A stretch of 64,000 nt of DNA, from the IMG/VR virus record IMGVR_UViG_3300045988_183940. One strand, given 5' to 3'. Position numbers and translations under genes: made by a program. Under the pieces are notes generated by a model. It was not told the DNA's origin, made no database searches, and saw only the letters and a program-made list of their open reading frames with translations. This document shows positions 36,276 to 46,706 of this stretch, in pieces. The first letter of the stretch is position 1. Every line of letters begins with the position of its first letter. Origin of the DNA: a virus.

Positions 36276-36494
36276 AGTAAGACGGAAAGGATAAAACAAT
36301 ATAGAAATAGACAATAAAAAATTAATCAAAGTTGGAATATTAACAGTCATTATAATTATAGCAGACTTTTTTGCATACACAAAGGCTATTCCGTTCATAC
36401 TGGAAATCTCAAAAGTTTCTTACGGAAATATAAATCTCATCAAAACAATACTGCCTCTAACAGAAGAAAAAGAAAATAAATAGAAAAAACAAAA

Positions 36495-36521
36495 AGAGGA
36501 TTTTTAAAGTCCTCTTTTTTA
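36495..36521. terminator. bidirectional terminator
   Basis: Stem AGAGGA/TCCTCT flanked by an A-run and a T-run. It lies between the plus-strand genes and the 3' end of the minus-strand gene 36524..37915. Confidence 0.55.
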
Positions 36522-36523
36522 TT

Positions 36524-37915
36524 TTACTTTAATTTATTAATGTATACGAAGTTAAATTTCTCAAGTACATCTTCATATTTTTGTATTAGCCGCTTTTCTG
36601 CTGTAAAATTATTAAATTCATAAATTCCATATTTATTATGTTTAAAAGAATAATTGTTATAATTAATGTTTAATTCGCCATTATAATTATCAAGAGTTAT
36701 AAACAAATTATACTGATTTTTGATAGATGTTTTTTCCTCATCGTTTGTGTCGGAACTAATCTCTGACACAGTATTAATTTTTTTAAACCAGTATAGTATA
36801 TTGAAAAGTTCCTTTTTATTCATAGATTCAAGATGTATTCTTAAAATATTAAATTCTTTGGAGCAACGTCCACCTTTAAAAAATATTTCATAAACAAATT
36901 TATTTTCAAAAGACTCCGTATTACTTAAGAGCTGTTTTAAAGATTGTATGCAAGTATTATTCGGACATTTATCAATAACATATCCATTGCTTATTTCAAA
37001 TCCATTTCCAATGGATATTGTATCATGATACGCAGGTATATAATGAGATAATTCATATACTGTATTAATATTGTTTAATCCTAACCATTTGCACATTTCG
37101 TAGTTTGACAAATATTTTGACAATTTTTTTCTAAGAACTATATACAATACTCCAGAAATCTTACTTGAAATAAACTCTGTTCTATAAACACTAACTCTAA
37201 GATTATTTTCAATAATCGAAATAACTTCAGGACAGTCACAATATTCCAAAAGAAATGTGGCTACAAATATTCTTAATTTTTGAAAATATCCACTATTACA
37301 AAATTCACTAATATTTTCATTATAAATAGAAAACCTGTAATCATTATCCCTTATAGTAAGATTAAATTTAGATATGTTAAAATTTCTGTTTTCAAATTCC
37401 CTATGCACACGGATATTTCTTGTAATATAATCAAATCTTCTGAATATGAGCCTTTTTAACTGATACATATAAGCACCTTGCTTATTAATGTCGCAATTCT
37501 GCATATTTTCAACATGCAGTACATTAAATCTTCCAAAACTTCTACCTCTTTCAAATTCGTCATCATAGGAAGGCTCTAATATGATATTCATTCCAAACCC
37601 GATAAATGTAATCCTTTTAACATTTGAATTTTCGTTGAAGTCAAAATAAGACATCATTTCAGCAAGCTCAAACAGCCAAGCCCTAGGATGAAACATTATA
37701 TCCTTGTCATCAGCTCCGTTAGAATCAAGATTAAACTTAAATTCACCATCCTTATGAATACAAGTTCCTGTCAGACCCCTTACTTTAAAAGATACTGAAA
37801 AGTTCCTGTCAAAAGTGTAATGGGACGTAAATGTTACAAGTTTTCCAAAATCACCGCCAAAATCAATTTCATCTGGTACAAATAACGGCTTTTTATTTGC
37901 AATAAAATCTATCAT
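36524..37915 (-). CDS. hypothetical protein (lone minus-strand gene within a plus-strand region)
   Basis: 463-aa ORF. RBS GGAGA upstream of the start. No recognisable motif. Confidence 0.55.
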   Translation of the reverse strand: MIDFIANKKPLFVPDEIDFGGDFGKLVTFTSHYTFDRNFSVSFKVRGLTGTCIHKDGEFKFNLDSNGADDKDIMFHPRAWLFELAEMMSYFDFNENSNVKRITFIGFGMNIILEPSYDDEFERGRSFGRFNVLHVENMQNCDINKQGAYMYQLKRLIFRRFDYITRNIRVHREFENRNFNISKFNLTIRDNDYRFSIYNENISEFCNSGYFQKLRIFVATFLLEYCDCPEVISIIENNLRVSVYRTEFISSKISGVLYIVLRKKLSKYLSNYEMCKWLGLNNINTVYELSHYIPAYHDTISIGNGFEISNGYVIDKCPNNTCIQSLKQLLSNTESFENKFVYEIFFKGGRCSKEFNILRIHLESMNKKELFNILYWFKKINTVSEISSDTNDEEKTSIKNQYNLFITLDNYNGELNINYNNYSFKHNKYGIYEFNNFTAEKRLIQKYEDVLEKFNFVYINKLK

Positions 37916-38125
37916 TTTTCTATCTCCAGTCTATTTAATTTTTTCTTAATATCAACATTATAATTGAATTATATTATAAATATTATACTTTGTCAATACA
38001 AAACATAAAATTAATTTATATTTAATGTGAATTATTAAAACAGCACAATAATTAAAAATTGAACTTGATTTATATTAAGTAGTATGGTATAATAACATAA
38101 ATAACAATGAAAGGAGATAATAATA

Positions 38126-38260
38126 TGAATGTTCAGCAAAATAAATATGGCAAGAACGTTGTAAAAACAAGACATCCATTAGACATAAAAGCTGTAATAT
38201 TTGAAACAGTTTGTGCTGCAACAATAATAGCTGGAATATTGCATGCAATACTATAATTAA
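38126..38260 (+). CDS. small hydrophobic protein (44 aa)
   Basis: Strong RBS GAAAGGAGATAATAAT-ATG. C-terminal TM. Confidence 0.35.
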
Positions 38261-38285
38261 AAATAATATAAGGAGACGAATAGCA

Positions 38286-38960
38286 ATGGAACGAACATGG
38301 AATATGTTTTTTACTGATAGTCAAGGAAAACTGAGAGAAAAAATTATTTATGTAGACAAACAATTTATATTTCACAGTGATAGTAAATATGATAACCCTA
38401 AAAAGAGTAAGATTGAAATTGAGTACCAAAATATGGAAATACTTGGGAAAAATTTCTATGATGAGGAAATTGGAGTTGCGGTTGCAAGTAAAGACTTCAA
38501 TATGACCTATCAGAAAGTTGATGTAAAAAAGGACAAAGAAGGAAACAATGTCTTTGTTAAAAATAAAAACGGCAAAAAAATCCTGTTTATTATGGGACAC
38601 GACTATACAGAATATGAATGGGCAGAAGATGAACCAAGTTTATGGGTGAAAACAAAAGAAGTTGAAAAAATACTAGAAAAAATTGACAGAATCAATGAAA
38701 AGTACGGAATACTTTGCCGTGCTGAAAAGGGAAATCCATATTATTATATCAATGAATTTGGAGAAATAAAAGAAAAAATAGAAAATATGGACAATGAAGA
38801 CGACAAAAGATACGAGTTCGGAAATTATTTTACACTCCGAAACAGAGCTGAGATATTTAAAAACAGGCTTAACGAAGTTCTGGAAATTGAAACAGCTAGA
38901 GATTACAATAATATGTTCCACAACGAACACTATTATATAAATACTCTCGAAAGGAAGTGA
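38286..38960 (+). CDS. hypothetical protein
   Basis: Start at MERTWNMFF after the RBS AAGGAGA. The annotated 38211 start would overlap the upstream small ORF. Confidence 0.5.
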   Translation: MERTWNMFFTDSQGKLREKIIYVDKQFIFHSDSKYDNPKKSKIEIEYQNMEILGKNFYDEEIGVAVASKDFNMTYQKVDVKKDKEGNNVFVKNKNGKKILFIMGHDYTEYEWAEDEPSLWVKTKEVEKILEKIDRINEKYGILCRAEKGNPYYYINEFGEIKEKIENMDNEDDKRYEFGNYFTLRNRAEIFKNRLNEVLEIETARDYNNMFHNEHYYINTLERK

Positions 38961-38966
38961 TGAAAA

Positions 38967-39545
38967 ATGATTGACTACTGGAGACTATATAAACTGTTGA
39001 CGGAATCAGACTACGTATCTTTAAAAGATATACCATTAAAAAACGTCCAGCTTCCTGTAAATCCGTTTGGGGATAAAATTATAGCAACAACGGCAATAAT
39101 TTGTATAATAATTGTTGCAATAGCTATAATTGGAACAGTTTGCACTCTTGAGTATGACATTGCAGGTATATGCGTGCTTCTAATAATAGGTATAGTTGCT
39201 GGCGGATATTTCATAAACGAACATTTTTCAGCACCGTATGAAGAAAAACTGGCGAAATATGAAAATGTACAGAAAACTAATATGCGTATTGAAAAGGCAA
39301 TTTCTGCTAAAAAGGAATTTGAGCAGACAATGCCCGAAAAGACAGACATAGCGTTATTTCTTAAAAATGCAGAAAAATTAAAAGACTTCTGTAGAAATCA
39401 CTACATTGCAGATGACCCAGATTTCTGCAAAGATAACAGCTTAAATCAGCATACATTGAACAAGACTTTTGAAATCCTGTATGGAAAAGCAGGAGATAAT
39501 GGAAAAGGACTGGATGAAGCTGTAAAATATATAAAGGAGAATTAA
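38967..39545 (+). CDS. family A paralog
   Basis: N-terminal MIDYWRLYKLL, TM helices, then the C-terminal motif AEKLKDFCRNHYIADDPDFCKDNSLNQHTLNKTF. Confidence 0.6.
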   Translation: MIDYWRLYKLLTESDYVSLKDIPLKNVQLPVNPFGDKIIATTAIICIIIVAIAIIGTVCTLEYDIAGICVLLIIGIVAGGYFINEHFSAPYEEKLAKYENVQKTNMRIEKAISAKKEFEQTMPEKTDIALFLKNAEKLKDFCRNHYIADDPDFCKDNSLNQHTLNKTFEILYGKAGDNGKGLDEAVKYIKEN

Positions 39546-39549
39546 AAAA

Positions 39550-39945
39550 ATGATTAGTACAGGAATTATAAATGCAATTGGACTTGTTATATTAATATAC
39601 TCAGTACCAACAAAATATATACCCGAAGCAGTTATTATAATTGCCCTTTTAGGACTGGGAGCTGGAATATGGGAAATAGCAGTATCATATAGAGACAAGG
39701 AAAAAAAGATACGAGATACAACTGTTGTAACAGCAATAGCCCTCATGCAGGCAATAATGGCAAAAACTGTTATTGAACAATATATAAAAGAGACAAGCCT
39801 TAATACAAACAACACAATAATGAAGGAACTTGTAACGTCAATGCTGCATGCCCCAGCTGGAACAGAGTTCATATATCAGATACTGATGTTCATAGGTATT
39901 GCCGTAATTGTAGCCTCAGCAGCTGGAGCTATTATGAGAAGATAA
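39550..39945 (+). CDS. membrane protein
   Basis: 131 aa with 4 TM helices. Confidence 0.5.
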   Translation: MISTGIINAIGLVILIYSVPTKYIPEAVIIIALLGLGAGIWEIAVSYRDKEKKIRDTTVVTAIALMQAIMAKTVIEQYIKETSLNTNNTIMKELVTSMLHAPAGTEFIYQILMFIGIAVIVASAAGAIMRR

Positions 39946-39969
39946 ATAGAAAGTGAAGTGATATAAAAA

Positions 39970-40503
39970 ATGCTACTTAATATATTAATTATAATACTGG
40001 TTATTGAACTGCTGTCAAAACTTGTAATAAGATATATTGCAGACAGGTACGAAAACAGGAAGGAAGTGCTTGAAATATATAGAAACATTACAGCACTTGA
40101 TATTGGAGATTCATACAGGATAGGTAACACTGATTACATTGTCGCTGATGTTGTAAGAAGTGCAAAGAAAATTCTTTTCCTTAAAATGTATGAGGAATAT
40201 AGAATTATTCTTGAAAGTGAAAACAGTAAATGCGAAATAGTTGTCAGAAACCACATGGGAGAAAAGAATCCTTTTCCGTATCTTTCAATGGGATTCACGG
40301 AAACTATAAAAAATATTGAAAATACACAGACAATAGGAATATACTGGAGCAGAAAGAAATTCAGTGCAAACCCGTTTTTAGAAAGTGTTGAAAAAAGAAG
40401 CGAGCTATACAGCATATTAAAAGAAATTATTGACAACGGAGTAATTCTTACACACTCACGGCTTGAACAGGAATGTGTTACCAAAAATAAAAACAATGAT
40501 TAA
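39970..40503 (+). CDS. hypothetical protein with an N-terminal TM
   Basis: 177-aa ORF. Confidence 0.5.
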   Translation: MLLNILIIILVIELLSKLVIRYIADRYENRKEVLEIYRNITALDIGDSYRIGNTDYIVADVVRSAKKILFLKMYEEYRIILESENSKCEIVVRNHMGEKNPFPYLSMGFTETIKNIENTQTIGIYWSRKKFSANPFLESVEKRSELYSILKEIIDNGVILTHSRLEQECVTKNKNND

Positions 40504-40514
40504 AAAATCACATC

Positions 40515-40543
40515 ATTGACAAAATTGTCAATAAATGTTATAA
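40515..40543 (+). promoter_or_regulatory. palindromic operator-promoter cassette
   Basis: TTGACAAAATTGTCAA-TAAA-TGTTATAAT. The 29-mer is identical to the one at 62017..62054 when that is read on the minus strand. Confidence 0.55.
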
Positions 40544-40581
40544 TAATTTCATAAATAAAAATGAAAGGACGTGCATAAAAA

Positions 40582-40869
40582 ATGAAAAGAAAAATAACAG
40601 TATCTCTGACATCAGCAGTCATCACGTTAGCTGTGCTGTGTGGAGTGAGAAGCGTTGAGGATAAGATTTTTGGACAGTTTGCAATAATTTTTATTGGAGT
40701 TATCTTTTCCATGGAAATTGTGCCAGACATTATAGATTCACTGTTTAAGGTAAAAGACTCTGACAGAAAGGAAAAACAGCCGTTATTTACAAAATTCAGC
40801 TTTAAAAAAGATACAAAAGCTAAAGATGATGTAAAAAAGCAGGATGTGCAAGAAAAGAGTGATGTCTAA
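40582..40869 (+). CDS. small secreted/membrane protein
   Basis: 95 aa with an N-terminal signal/TM and a Lys-rich C-terminus. Confidence 0.45.
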   Translation: MKRKITVSLTSAVITLAVLCGVRSVEDKIFGQFAIIFIGVIFSMEIVPDIIDSLFKVKDSDRKEKQPLFTKFSFKKDTKAKDDVKKQDVQEKSDV

Positions 40870-41864
40870 TGTATAACACAATTATGCTTATAATTGCACT
40901 ATTAACAACTGGTATATTTATTGGAACTACAATAGCTGTTTCAATGGAATCTGTTTTGCTGTTAAATGTGATAATTAACAAGATATTTAAAAAAATGGAT
41001 GAAATTATAAAATTTTTTATATTTCTGCCATTTTTTCCATTAATATTTATTTTTACGTCCTATCTAAACTTTATGGCTGGAGCGGGATTTGTACCTGAAA
41101 AGACTGGATATAGCATTATACTCAGGCTAATTGCTGTAATAATGCTGGATATATTTATATTAATTCCATTGTTTAGAAAAATTAAAAAAATAAATAAATA
41201 TAATGAAAAAGGAAGGGAATTGAAAATGGACACACAGTTATATGTAAAAAAATCGGGAAACATCGTTGAAGGTGCTGCGATTCTATATAATGTTTACTGG
41301 AAAGATACAAAAAATGACCCCGTCTTTAAGCGAAAACTCTCAGTAATTCTTAGAATTGGGGGATATTTAACAAACTGGATTGAGGATGAAAATGTATTGC
41401 CAAATGATGAAATTTTCAAATTTCAAGGCAAGCCAGTAAAATTTAGTGCAGAACTTATAGACTTTAAGGAAGGACGAGTAACCGTGGAAAACGGAAAAAG
41501 CAACACATACAAAGTAAAAAACCTTATATTAGAGCCGATAATCGAAAAAACGGAAGAAAATAATAAAAAGAAAGGATTTGATAATATGGAAAATGTAAAA
41601 CAGGAATTAAGAGAAAAAGCAGACAAACTAGAGGAACTTACAGGACTGGCATTTAAGGCAAGCATAAAAAACAATGGAGAAAGGGATGTCAAAAAAGTTA
41701 TTTTTTCACCAGACTTGGCATATCCTTATGAAAAAGTAATACTTGATGTAGATACTGGGGATATAACATTTGCATTTTCAAATGAAATAACGCTTATGAT
41801 GGGAGACCCCAAAAAATACATTAAAAAAGCTGATGAAATATTTAAAATGTATCAAAAACTGTAA
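40869..41864 (+). CDS. membrane protein with a C-terminal soluble domain
   Basis: 331 aa with 4 N-terminal TM helices. Confidence 0.5.
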   Translation: MYNTIMLIIALLTTGIFIGTTIAVSMESVLLLNVIINKIFKKMDEIIKFFIFLPFFPLIFIFTSYLNFMAGAGFVPEKTGYSIILRLIAVIMLDIFILIPLFRKIKKINKYNEKGRELKMDTQLYVKKSGNIVEGAAILYNVYWKDTKNDPVFKRKLSVILRIGGYLTNWIEDENVLPNDEIFKFQGKPVKFSAELIDFKEGRVTVENGKSNTYKVKNLILEPIIEKTEENNKKKGFDNMENVKQELREKADKLEELTGLAFKASIKNNGERDVKKVIFSPDLAYPYEKVILDVDTGDITFAFSNEITLMMGDPKKYIKKADEIFKMYQKL

Positions 41865-42054
41865 ATATAAAATAAAAGGAGCAGAAATGCTCTTTTTTAT
41901 TAAAAATAGACAATATTTAAAAAATTTTTAAATTAAATTTTACTTATGAAAAGCAATATTCTGCAAGTTTTATCAACATAGTGTCCGATAATGTTGACTT
42001 ATATAAAAGGAAATGGTATAATAAGGCTACTAAACACAGAAAGGACGGGACAAT

Positions 42055-42732
42055 ATGAAGATATTAGCAAAAGCAGTACCAGCACTTCTTGCAGTCTCAA
42101 GCCTTACAAACTATGCAGACTCAATGAGCTTCTACGGGGGGATGTCAAGACCAACTCAGAAGGAGACTATTGCAAGGATTGCTGGAATACAGGTTCAGCC
42201 ACGTACAATAATAGCTAAAAATGAAAATGATGTGAAGGAGCGTGGCGACAGCGACATAAAGTCAAGCGGAAATACTGACACAATAACAAATGTGATTTCA
42301 TATATGGAAAAAAAACCAGTTAATCAGATTTCTGGAATCACAAGAAAGGAAGCAGAGCTTCGTATAAGGCTCTACAGGGAAGTACAGAAGCACCTAGGAA
42401 AGCCGTATGTATGGGGAGCGAGCGGAAGACGCAGCTTTGACTGCTCAAGCCTAATGCAGGCTGTATATAAGGACTCACTTGGAGTTGACATACCAAGAGT
42501 CTCAAGAGACCAAGGCGACAGGCTTGGTAAAAAAGTTCCTATGGGTAAAATGCGTATGGGAGACTTAATATTTATGGACACTCTTAACAAAGGGCATATA
42601 ACACACGTAGGAATGTATGTAGGAAACGGTGAGATGATTCATGCAAGCTCCACATACGGAAAGGTAGTCCGTGTAAAGTTTGACGGATTCTACATGAAGA
42701 CATACAGGTTCTCAAGAAGCCTGTTTGCATAA
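42055..42732 (+). CDS. NlpC/P60-family peptidoglycan endopeptidase
   Basis: Catalytic Cys in GKPYVWGASGRRSFDCSSLMQ and His in HVGMYVGNGEMIHAS. Signal peptide. The N-terminal SMSFYGGMSRPTQKE module is shared with the SLT protein. Confidence 0.8.
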   Translation: MKILAKAVPALLAVSSLTNYADSMSFYGGMSRPTQKETIARIAGIQVQPRTIIAKNENDVKERGDSDIKSSGNTDTITNVISYMEKKPVNQISGITRKEAELRIRLYREVQKHLGKPYVWGASGRRSFDCSSLMQAVYKDSLGVDIPRVSRDQGDRLGKKVPMGKMRMGDLIFMDTLNKGHITHVGMYVGNGEMIHASSTYGKVVRVKFDGFYMKTYRFSRSLFA

Positions 42733-42753
42733 TTATAATAAAAAAGGAAATGG

Positions 42754-42972
42754 TTGACTATGAATGAAAAGATTAGGGAACGTACGAGGAATCTTACGTA
42801 CAGGACAAGAAGGTACGGGCTTACGATAAAGAACGCAGTAAAGGAGATTATCGGAACTTCGCCCCAGAACTTCTACAGGAAACTAAAGACTGGAGACACA
42901 TCGGAGCTTGAACTTGTTGAAAAGCACGTCGAAAGCCTGATTGAAAGGAAGGAACAAAGTTTATGCAGATAA
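42754..42972 (+). CDS. small hypothetical protein
   Basis: 72-aa basic ORF. Confidence 0.4.
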   Translation: MTMNEKIRERTRNLTYRTRRYGLTIKNAVKEIIGTSPQNFYRKLKTGDTSELELVEKHVESLIERKEQSLCR

Positions 42973-43778
42973 TAAGGGATAACAGAGGAAAAGTTATGAC
43001 AGAGTCCGATTTAGTGGCTCTGGAACTTAATATAAATAAGGACATGGAGATTATTATGCAAAATAAATTTGACATTGAAAAATATAAGGACGTTACAATA
43101 ATACCGCCATTCGTCTTAAACGAAATGGACAAGGTTGATGAAGTTAAAAGGGAATACTGGACGGCACTTAAAAACTTGGCATTATCGTCAATGAAGGAAA
43201 GCAGGCTTCCAATAGACCAGATTGAGCTTGAAGCCGTAAAGAAAATAAGGTTCATAATAGAGGACAAGTTTACAATAGAAGGGCTTCTGCCACTTACAAT
43301 ACTACCAATCTATGAAATGCAGAACGGACAGGTAGTAAAGGAAGACTACACTATTGAAGAGTTCAATGTAGAGCTTGCTCTTGAGCTTCAAAGCCCAATA
43401 AAGGAAGACAATGGGGAAGTTGAAGTTACATACACATACTCAAACCTTATCGACAGGCTTAAAAAAGTGTTTGCAAAAAGGGTGTTCATGTACTACCCTG
43501 ACGTAAAAAATAAAAATAATATACTTTACGACTTTGAAAAGTACATTGACTCGACATTCCTTATGAGCAACATAATGGAATATGCACTGCTTGGCTATGA
43601 CACTATAGAATACAGGAAAATGGGGGCAATAATTCAGATTATACTAAAAAATGAGGAAAATTTTGAGCTTCATTCTGAGATAAATAAGCACGAAATAAGC
43701 ACAATAAGAAAAAAATACTACAGCGAGGAACAGTTTGAAGCAGACAGGTTCTTTGACATGGAATACAGCACAAAATAA
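42963..43778 (+). CDS. hypothetical protein
   Basis: 271-aa ORF overlapping the upstream stop. Confidence 0.5.
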   Translation: MQIIRDNRGKVMTESDLVALELNINKDMEIIMQNKFDIEKYKDVTIIPPFVLNEMDKVDEVKREYWTALKNLALSSMKESRLPIDQIELEAVKKIRFIIEDKFTIEGLLPLTILPIYEMQNGQVVKEDYTIEEFNVELALELQSPIKEDNGEVEVTYTYSNLIDRLKKVFAKRVFMYYPDVKNKNNILYDFEKYIDSTFLMSNIMEYALLGYDTIEYRKMGAIIQIILKNEENFELHSEINKHEISTIRKKYYSEEQFEADRFFDMEYSTK

Positions 43779-43796
43779 AAGGAAGTGATTAAAAAA

Positions 43797-43937
43797 TGAG
43801 TGTAGTATACTGCCCAAACTGCGGAACAAGAGTGGACGGAAGAAAGGGAGATTATGAGTACTGCAAGCAGTGCGGCGAAAAAGTCTATATATGGAAAAAG
43901 GTTATGGAAAAACCTAAAAAAGACAAAATAAAATAAA
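43797..43937 (+). CDS. small zinc-ribbon protein
   Basis: MSVVYCPNCGTRVDGRKGDYEYCKQCGEK: two CxxC pairs. RBS AAGGAAG. Confidence 0.4.
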
Positions 43938-44006
43938 CATAAAAGAAGGTTGTTTTTAGCCTTCTTTCTTTATACTGAACATATACCATAAATTTTAATA
44001 TTAATA

Positions 44007-44035
44007 AACAATGTTATTGACAATTTTGTCAATAA
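44007..44035 (+). promoter_or_regulatory. palindromic operator-promoter cassette
   Basis: TTGACAATTTTGTCAA-TAAA-TGATATAAT. Confidence 0.55.
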
Positions 44036-44084
44036 ATGATATAATAAATCATAAATATTATATAAAAGAAAGGAAATTAAGATA

Positions 44085-44438
44085 ATGGACAATAAAGATA
44101 AAGATATGGTAAGTGCTATCTTACCAATAATAATTATTCCTGTTGTCACAGTAATACTTATAAATATCGCTTCTAATAAATTTTCAGAAACCAATGCAAA
44201 ATTTAACCAGTCAATGGCAAAAGCTGAAAAAGAAATTGACGAAAAGAACAGAAAAACTTGTGAACAGACAACCATAACAAAAGTATGGAGCGAAAATACT
44301 GGAATACTTCTTTTTACATCAGAAGACTATTACATTACACTGTCAAATGGAAAAACATACAAAATATCAAGAAATGGATTTGGAAAAGCAGCAGTTGGAG
44401 AAAAATGCGACCCTGATACATTATATAGTGAACAGTAG
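44085..44438 (+). CDS. divergent family B-like small membrane-anchored protein
   Basis: TM, then C-terminal CEQTTITKVWSENTGILLFTSEDYYITLSNGKTYKISRNGFGKAAVGEKC, with Cys...Y..Y...EKC spacing like family B. Confidence 0.5.
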   Translation: MDNKDKDMVSAILPIIIIPVVTVILINIASNKFSETNAKFNQSMAKAEKEIDEKNRKTCEQTTITKVWSENTGILLFTSEDYYITLSNGKTYKISRNGFGKAAVGEKCDPDTLYSEQ

Positions 44439-44453
44439 AGAGGATATAACAAA

Positions 44454-44595
44454 ATGAAAAAAATAATATTAATCTTAACATCACTTATTCTGATGTCCTG
44501 CTCGTCAATAGCGATAAACTATACACCTGACGCACGGCACGGAAATGTATCTGTCTCAGGAAATACTGGCGGATATATAAATATCGGATTTTAGG
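44454..44595 (+). CDS. small lipoprotein (46 aa)
   Basis: MKKIILILTSLILMSCSS, a lipobox. Confidence 0.35.
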
Positions 44596-44609
44596 AAAGG
44601 ATAACGGCA

Positions 44610-45104
44610 ATGGAAAAAAGAATATTTGAAAACTTCGCTGAAATAAAGATTCAGGAAGATGAACAGGAAATTATGATTGTATATATTACAAAAGATACAT
44701 TTACTAAACAGCAAGGCATAGTATTTGAGAATTTGGGGAAAGAGGATGATATATCAGGAATCTTAAAAAAGATGGACATATTTCCACAAAGAATTACGGT
44801 TCAAGGAAAAGACATATCAAAAATACTGAACTTAAACTTTATAAAGGAATATCTCACTGACTGTAAAAACCCCTTCATGGAAGTGGAATTTGTGAGGGCA
44901 AACGCCCCAAAAATTGGAATAATTATTAAAAAATCCAATATTCAGGTTATCGCAAAGTCAATGATATTTGACGTTGATAAAGGCACAGTGCTGCCAATGA
45001 CTTCAATTAAGGCGATGTATGAAGACCTTGAGGAAATTACGCAAATACTGAAGGAACTTAAAAATACAGGAATATGGAAACTAATCACAGGAAAGGATGA
45101 ATAA
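44610..45104 (+). CDS. hypothetical protein
   Basis: 164-aa ORF. Confidence 0.5.
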   Translation: MEKRIFENFAEIKIQEDEQEIMIVYITKDTFTKQQGIVFENLGKEDDISGILKKMDIFPQRITVQGKDISKILNLNFIKEYLTDCKNPFMEVEFVRANAPKIGIIIKKSNIQVIAKSMIFDVDKGTVLPMTSIKAMYEDLEEITQILKELKNTGIWKLITGKDE

Positions 45105-45303
45105 ATCTATCATCATCAGAAAAATGGCTGTGGAAAACAGTAATTGACAACTTTTCAGAGAATTGCAGAAATTATAAATAAAAAAAGGCACATATTAAAT
45201 ATGTGCTTTATTTATATATCATATATCTTAACTTTTACTATTGACAAGATTGTAAATAAATGGTATAATTATATTAAATAAAAATGAAAGGAGATTTTCA
45301 TAA

Positions 45304-45744
45304 ATGGACGTTCAAAAATTTATAAATGAAATAACTGAAAAAAATATACATTGTGCAAAAAACTGGATTAAAAGTTTTAACCCTCACACTCAGGGGTTTT
45401 TAGACTGGGTAGACTGGACATACCGAATTGGAAAAGAAATTGTAAGAGCCAATCCTGAGACAGAAGCTGAAATAACTGAAAAATTATCAAAGACTTCAGA
45501 TTTTTTAGAGTTTGTACAAAAGGCATTTGAATATAACAGCTTGGCAGTTCATTACATTGTGCTTAAGCAGGATAATAAGCAAAGAGCTGCTGGGATATTG
45601 GCTTTATCAATCTATATATGGCTTTACGAACATACAGATGTATTTAATGACTTTAAATGGAAAAAAAGAAAGCCAAACTTTATTGTAGAGGATATGATAA
45701 ACGAAGCAAAAACCCAATTAATAAAAATAGGAAAGGAGAAATAA
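45304..45744 (+). CDS. hypothetical protein
   Basis: 146-aa ORF. Upstream promoter carries a degenerate operator TTGACAAGATTGTAAA. Confidence 0.5.
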   Translation: MDVQKFINEITEKNIHCAKNWIKSFNPHTQGFLDWVDWTYRIGKEIVRANPETEAEITEKLSKTSDFLEFVQKAFEYNSLAVHYIVLKQDNKQRAAGILALSIYIWLYEHTDVFNDFKWKKRKPNFIVEDMINEAKTQLIKIGKEK

Positions 45745-45748
45745 AAAA

Positions 45749-46060
45749 ATGAACATCTTAAATATATTAACATCACACACTACACCGTTACAGACATTTG
45801 GGCTGTCTTTGTATATAGGGGGAATAATGGCAATGATTTTTATAGAAAGGGAATTATATATCAGCTTATCTAAAATATATGGAGCTATGTTCGTATTTAT
45901 GATAGGAATAACAATATTTTCTTTTGATATGGACAAGGCAGACATAAATATGAAAACTGCAATTATAATGACAGTAATAGGAATAGTGGCAATGATAACA
46001 CCTCTTGCAGTAGAAGTACTTATTAAAAAAATTAAAGACAGAAAGAAAGGAAGTGAATAG
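45749..46060 (+). CDS. membrane protein
   Basis: 103 aa with 3 TM helices. Confidence 0.45.
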   Translation: MNILNILTSHTTPLQTFGLSLYIGGIMAMIFIERELYISLSKIYGAMFVFMIGITIFSFDMDKADINMKTAIIMTVIGIVAMITPLAVEVLIKKIKDRKKGSE

Positions 46061-46063
46061 CTG

Positions 46064-46450
46064 ATGTTTACAGTCAATTCATATAAAGATATTGAAAACT
46101 TTGTGGAATCTGTACTTACAGACACCAAAGCAAATGAAATATTAGTTGGAAATATCAGTTTTACAGTACGCATAGAGGGAACGACGGTACTACTGTTAAA
46201 TAAAAATAATATTAAAGGCAGAACATCAATAAACACATACAATAAGCAAATTAAGAAAATTAACATTGAAACTAAGTCGAGAAGCATTGAATACATAATA
46301 AATACAGCAAAGAATGACACAAGCGGAAACAGAAGCGTAACAATGTATAATATTGTACTAAAGGACGGCAGAATACGAATTGACCTTAACGCTGTAAAAC
46401 TTAACACAGATAAAGACTACAAAAGACTGGTTAAAGATATGCTTCTGTAG
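46064..46450 (+). CDS. hypothetical protein
   Basis: 128-aa ORF. Confidence 0.45.
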   Translation: MFTVNSYKDIENFVESVLTDTKANEILVGNISFTVRIEGTTVLLLNKNNIKGRTSINTYNKQIKKINIETKSRSIEYIINTAKNDTSGNRSVTMYNIVLKDGRIRIDLNAVKLNTDKDYKRLVKDMLL

Positions 46451-46466
46451 GAAAGGGGAACATATA

Positions 46467-46706
46467 ATGAAATTTGACAATTTTACCACTGACAAGCTCT
46501 ATGACCTTATGAGCTTCAATGAGCAGATAAACTTCCGTGAAAATATAACAGACATAGCAGTAATGCTGAATGTAAACATGGAATCTCTGCAACGGCATTT
46601 TCAGACACTTCTTGATACAAAGGGAGTCAGCGAAAGGATAAAGAGCTTCATAAGAAAGAACTATAAATTTAACATAAATGAAAATGAAAGGATTGATGGA
46701 AATTGA
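46467..46706 (+). CDS. hypothetical protein
   Basis: 79-aa ORF. Confidence 0.4.
   Translation: MKFDNFTTDKLYDLMSFNEQINFRENITDIAVMLNVNMESLQRHFQTLLDTKGVSERIKSFIRKNYKFNINENERIDGN

Noticed and set aside
38133-38600. Minus-strand 155-aa ORF
   Set aside because: It overlaps two plus-strand genes that have good RBSs, it has no RBS of its own, and its composition is hydrophobic low complexity.
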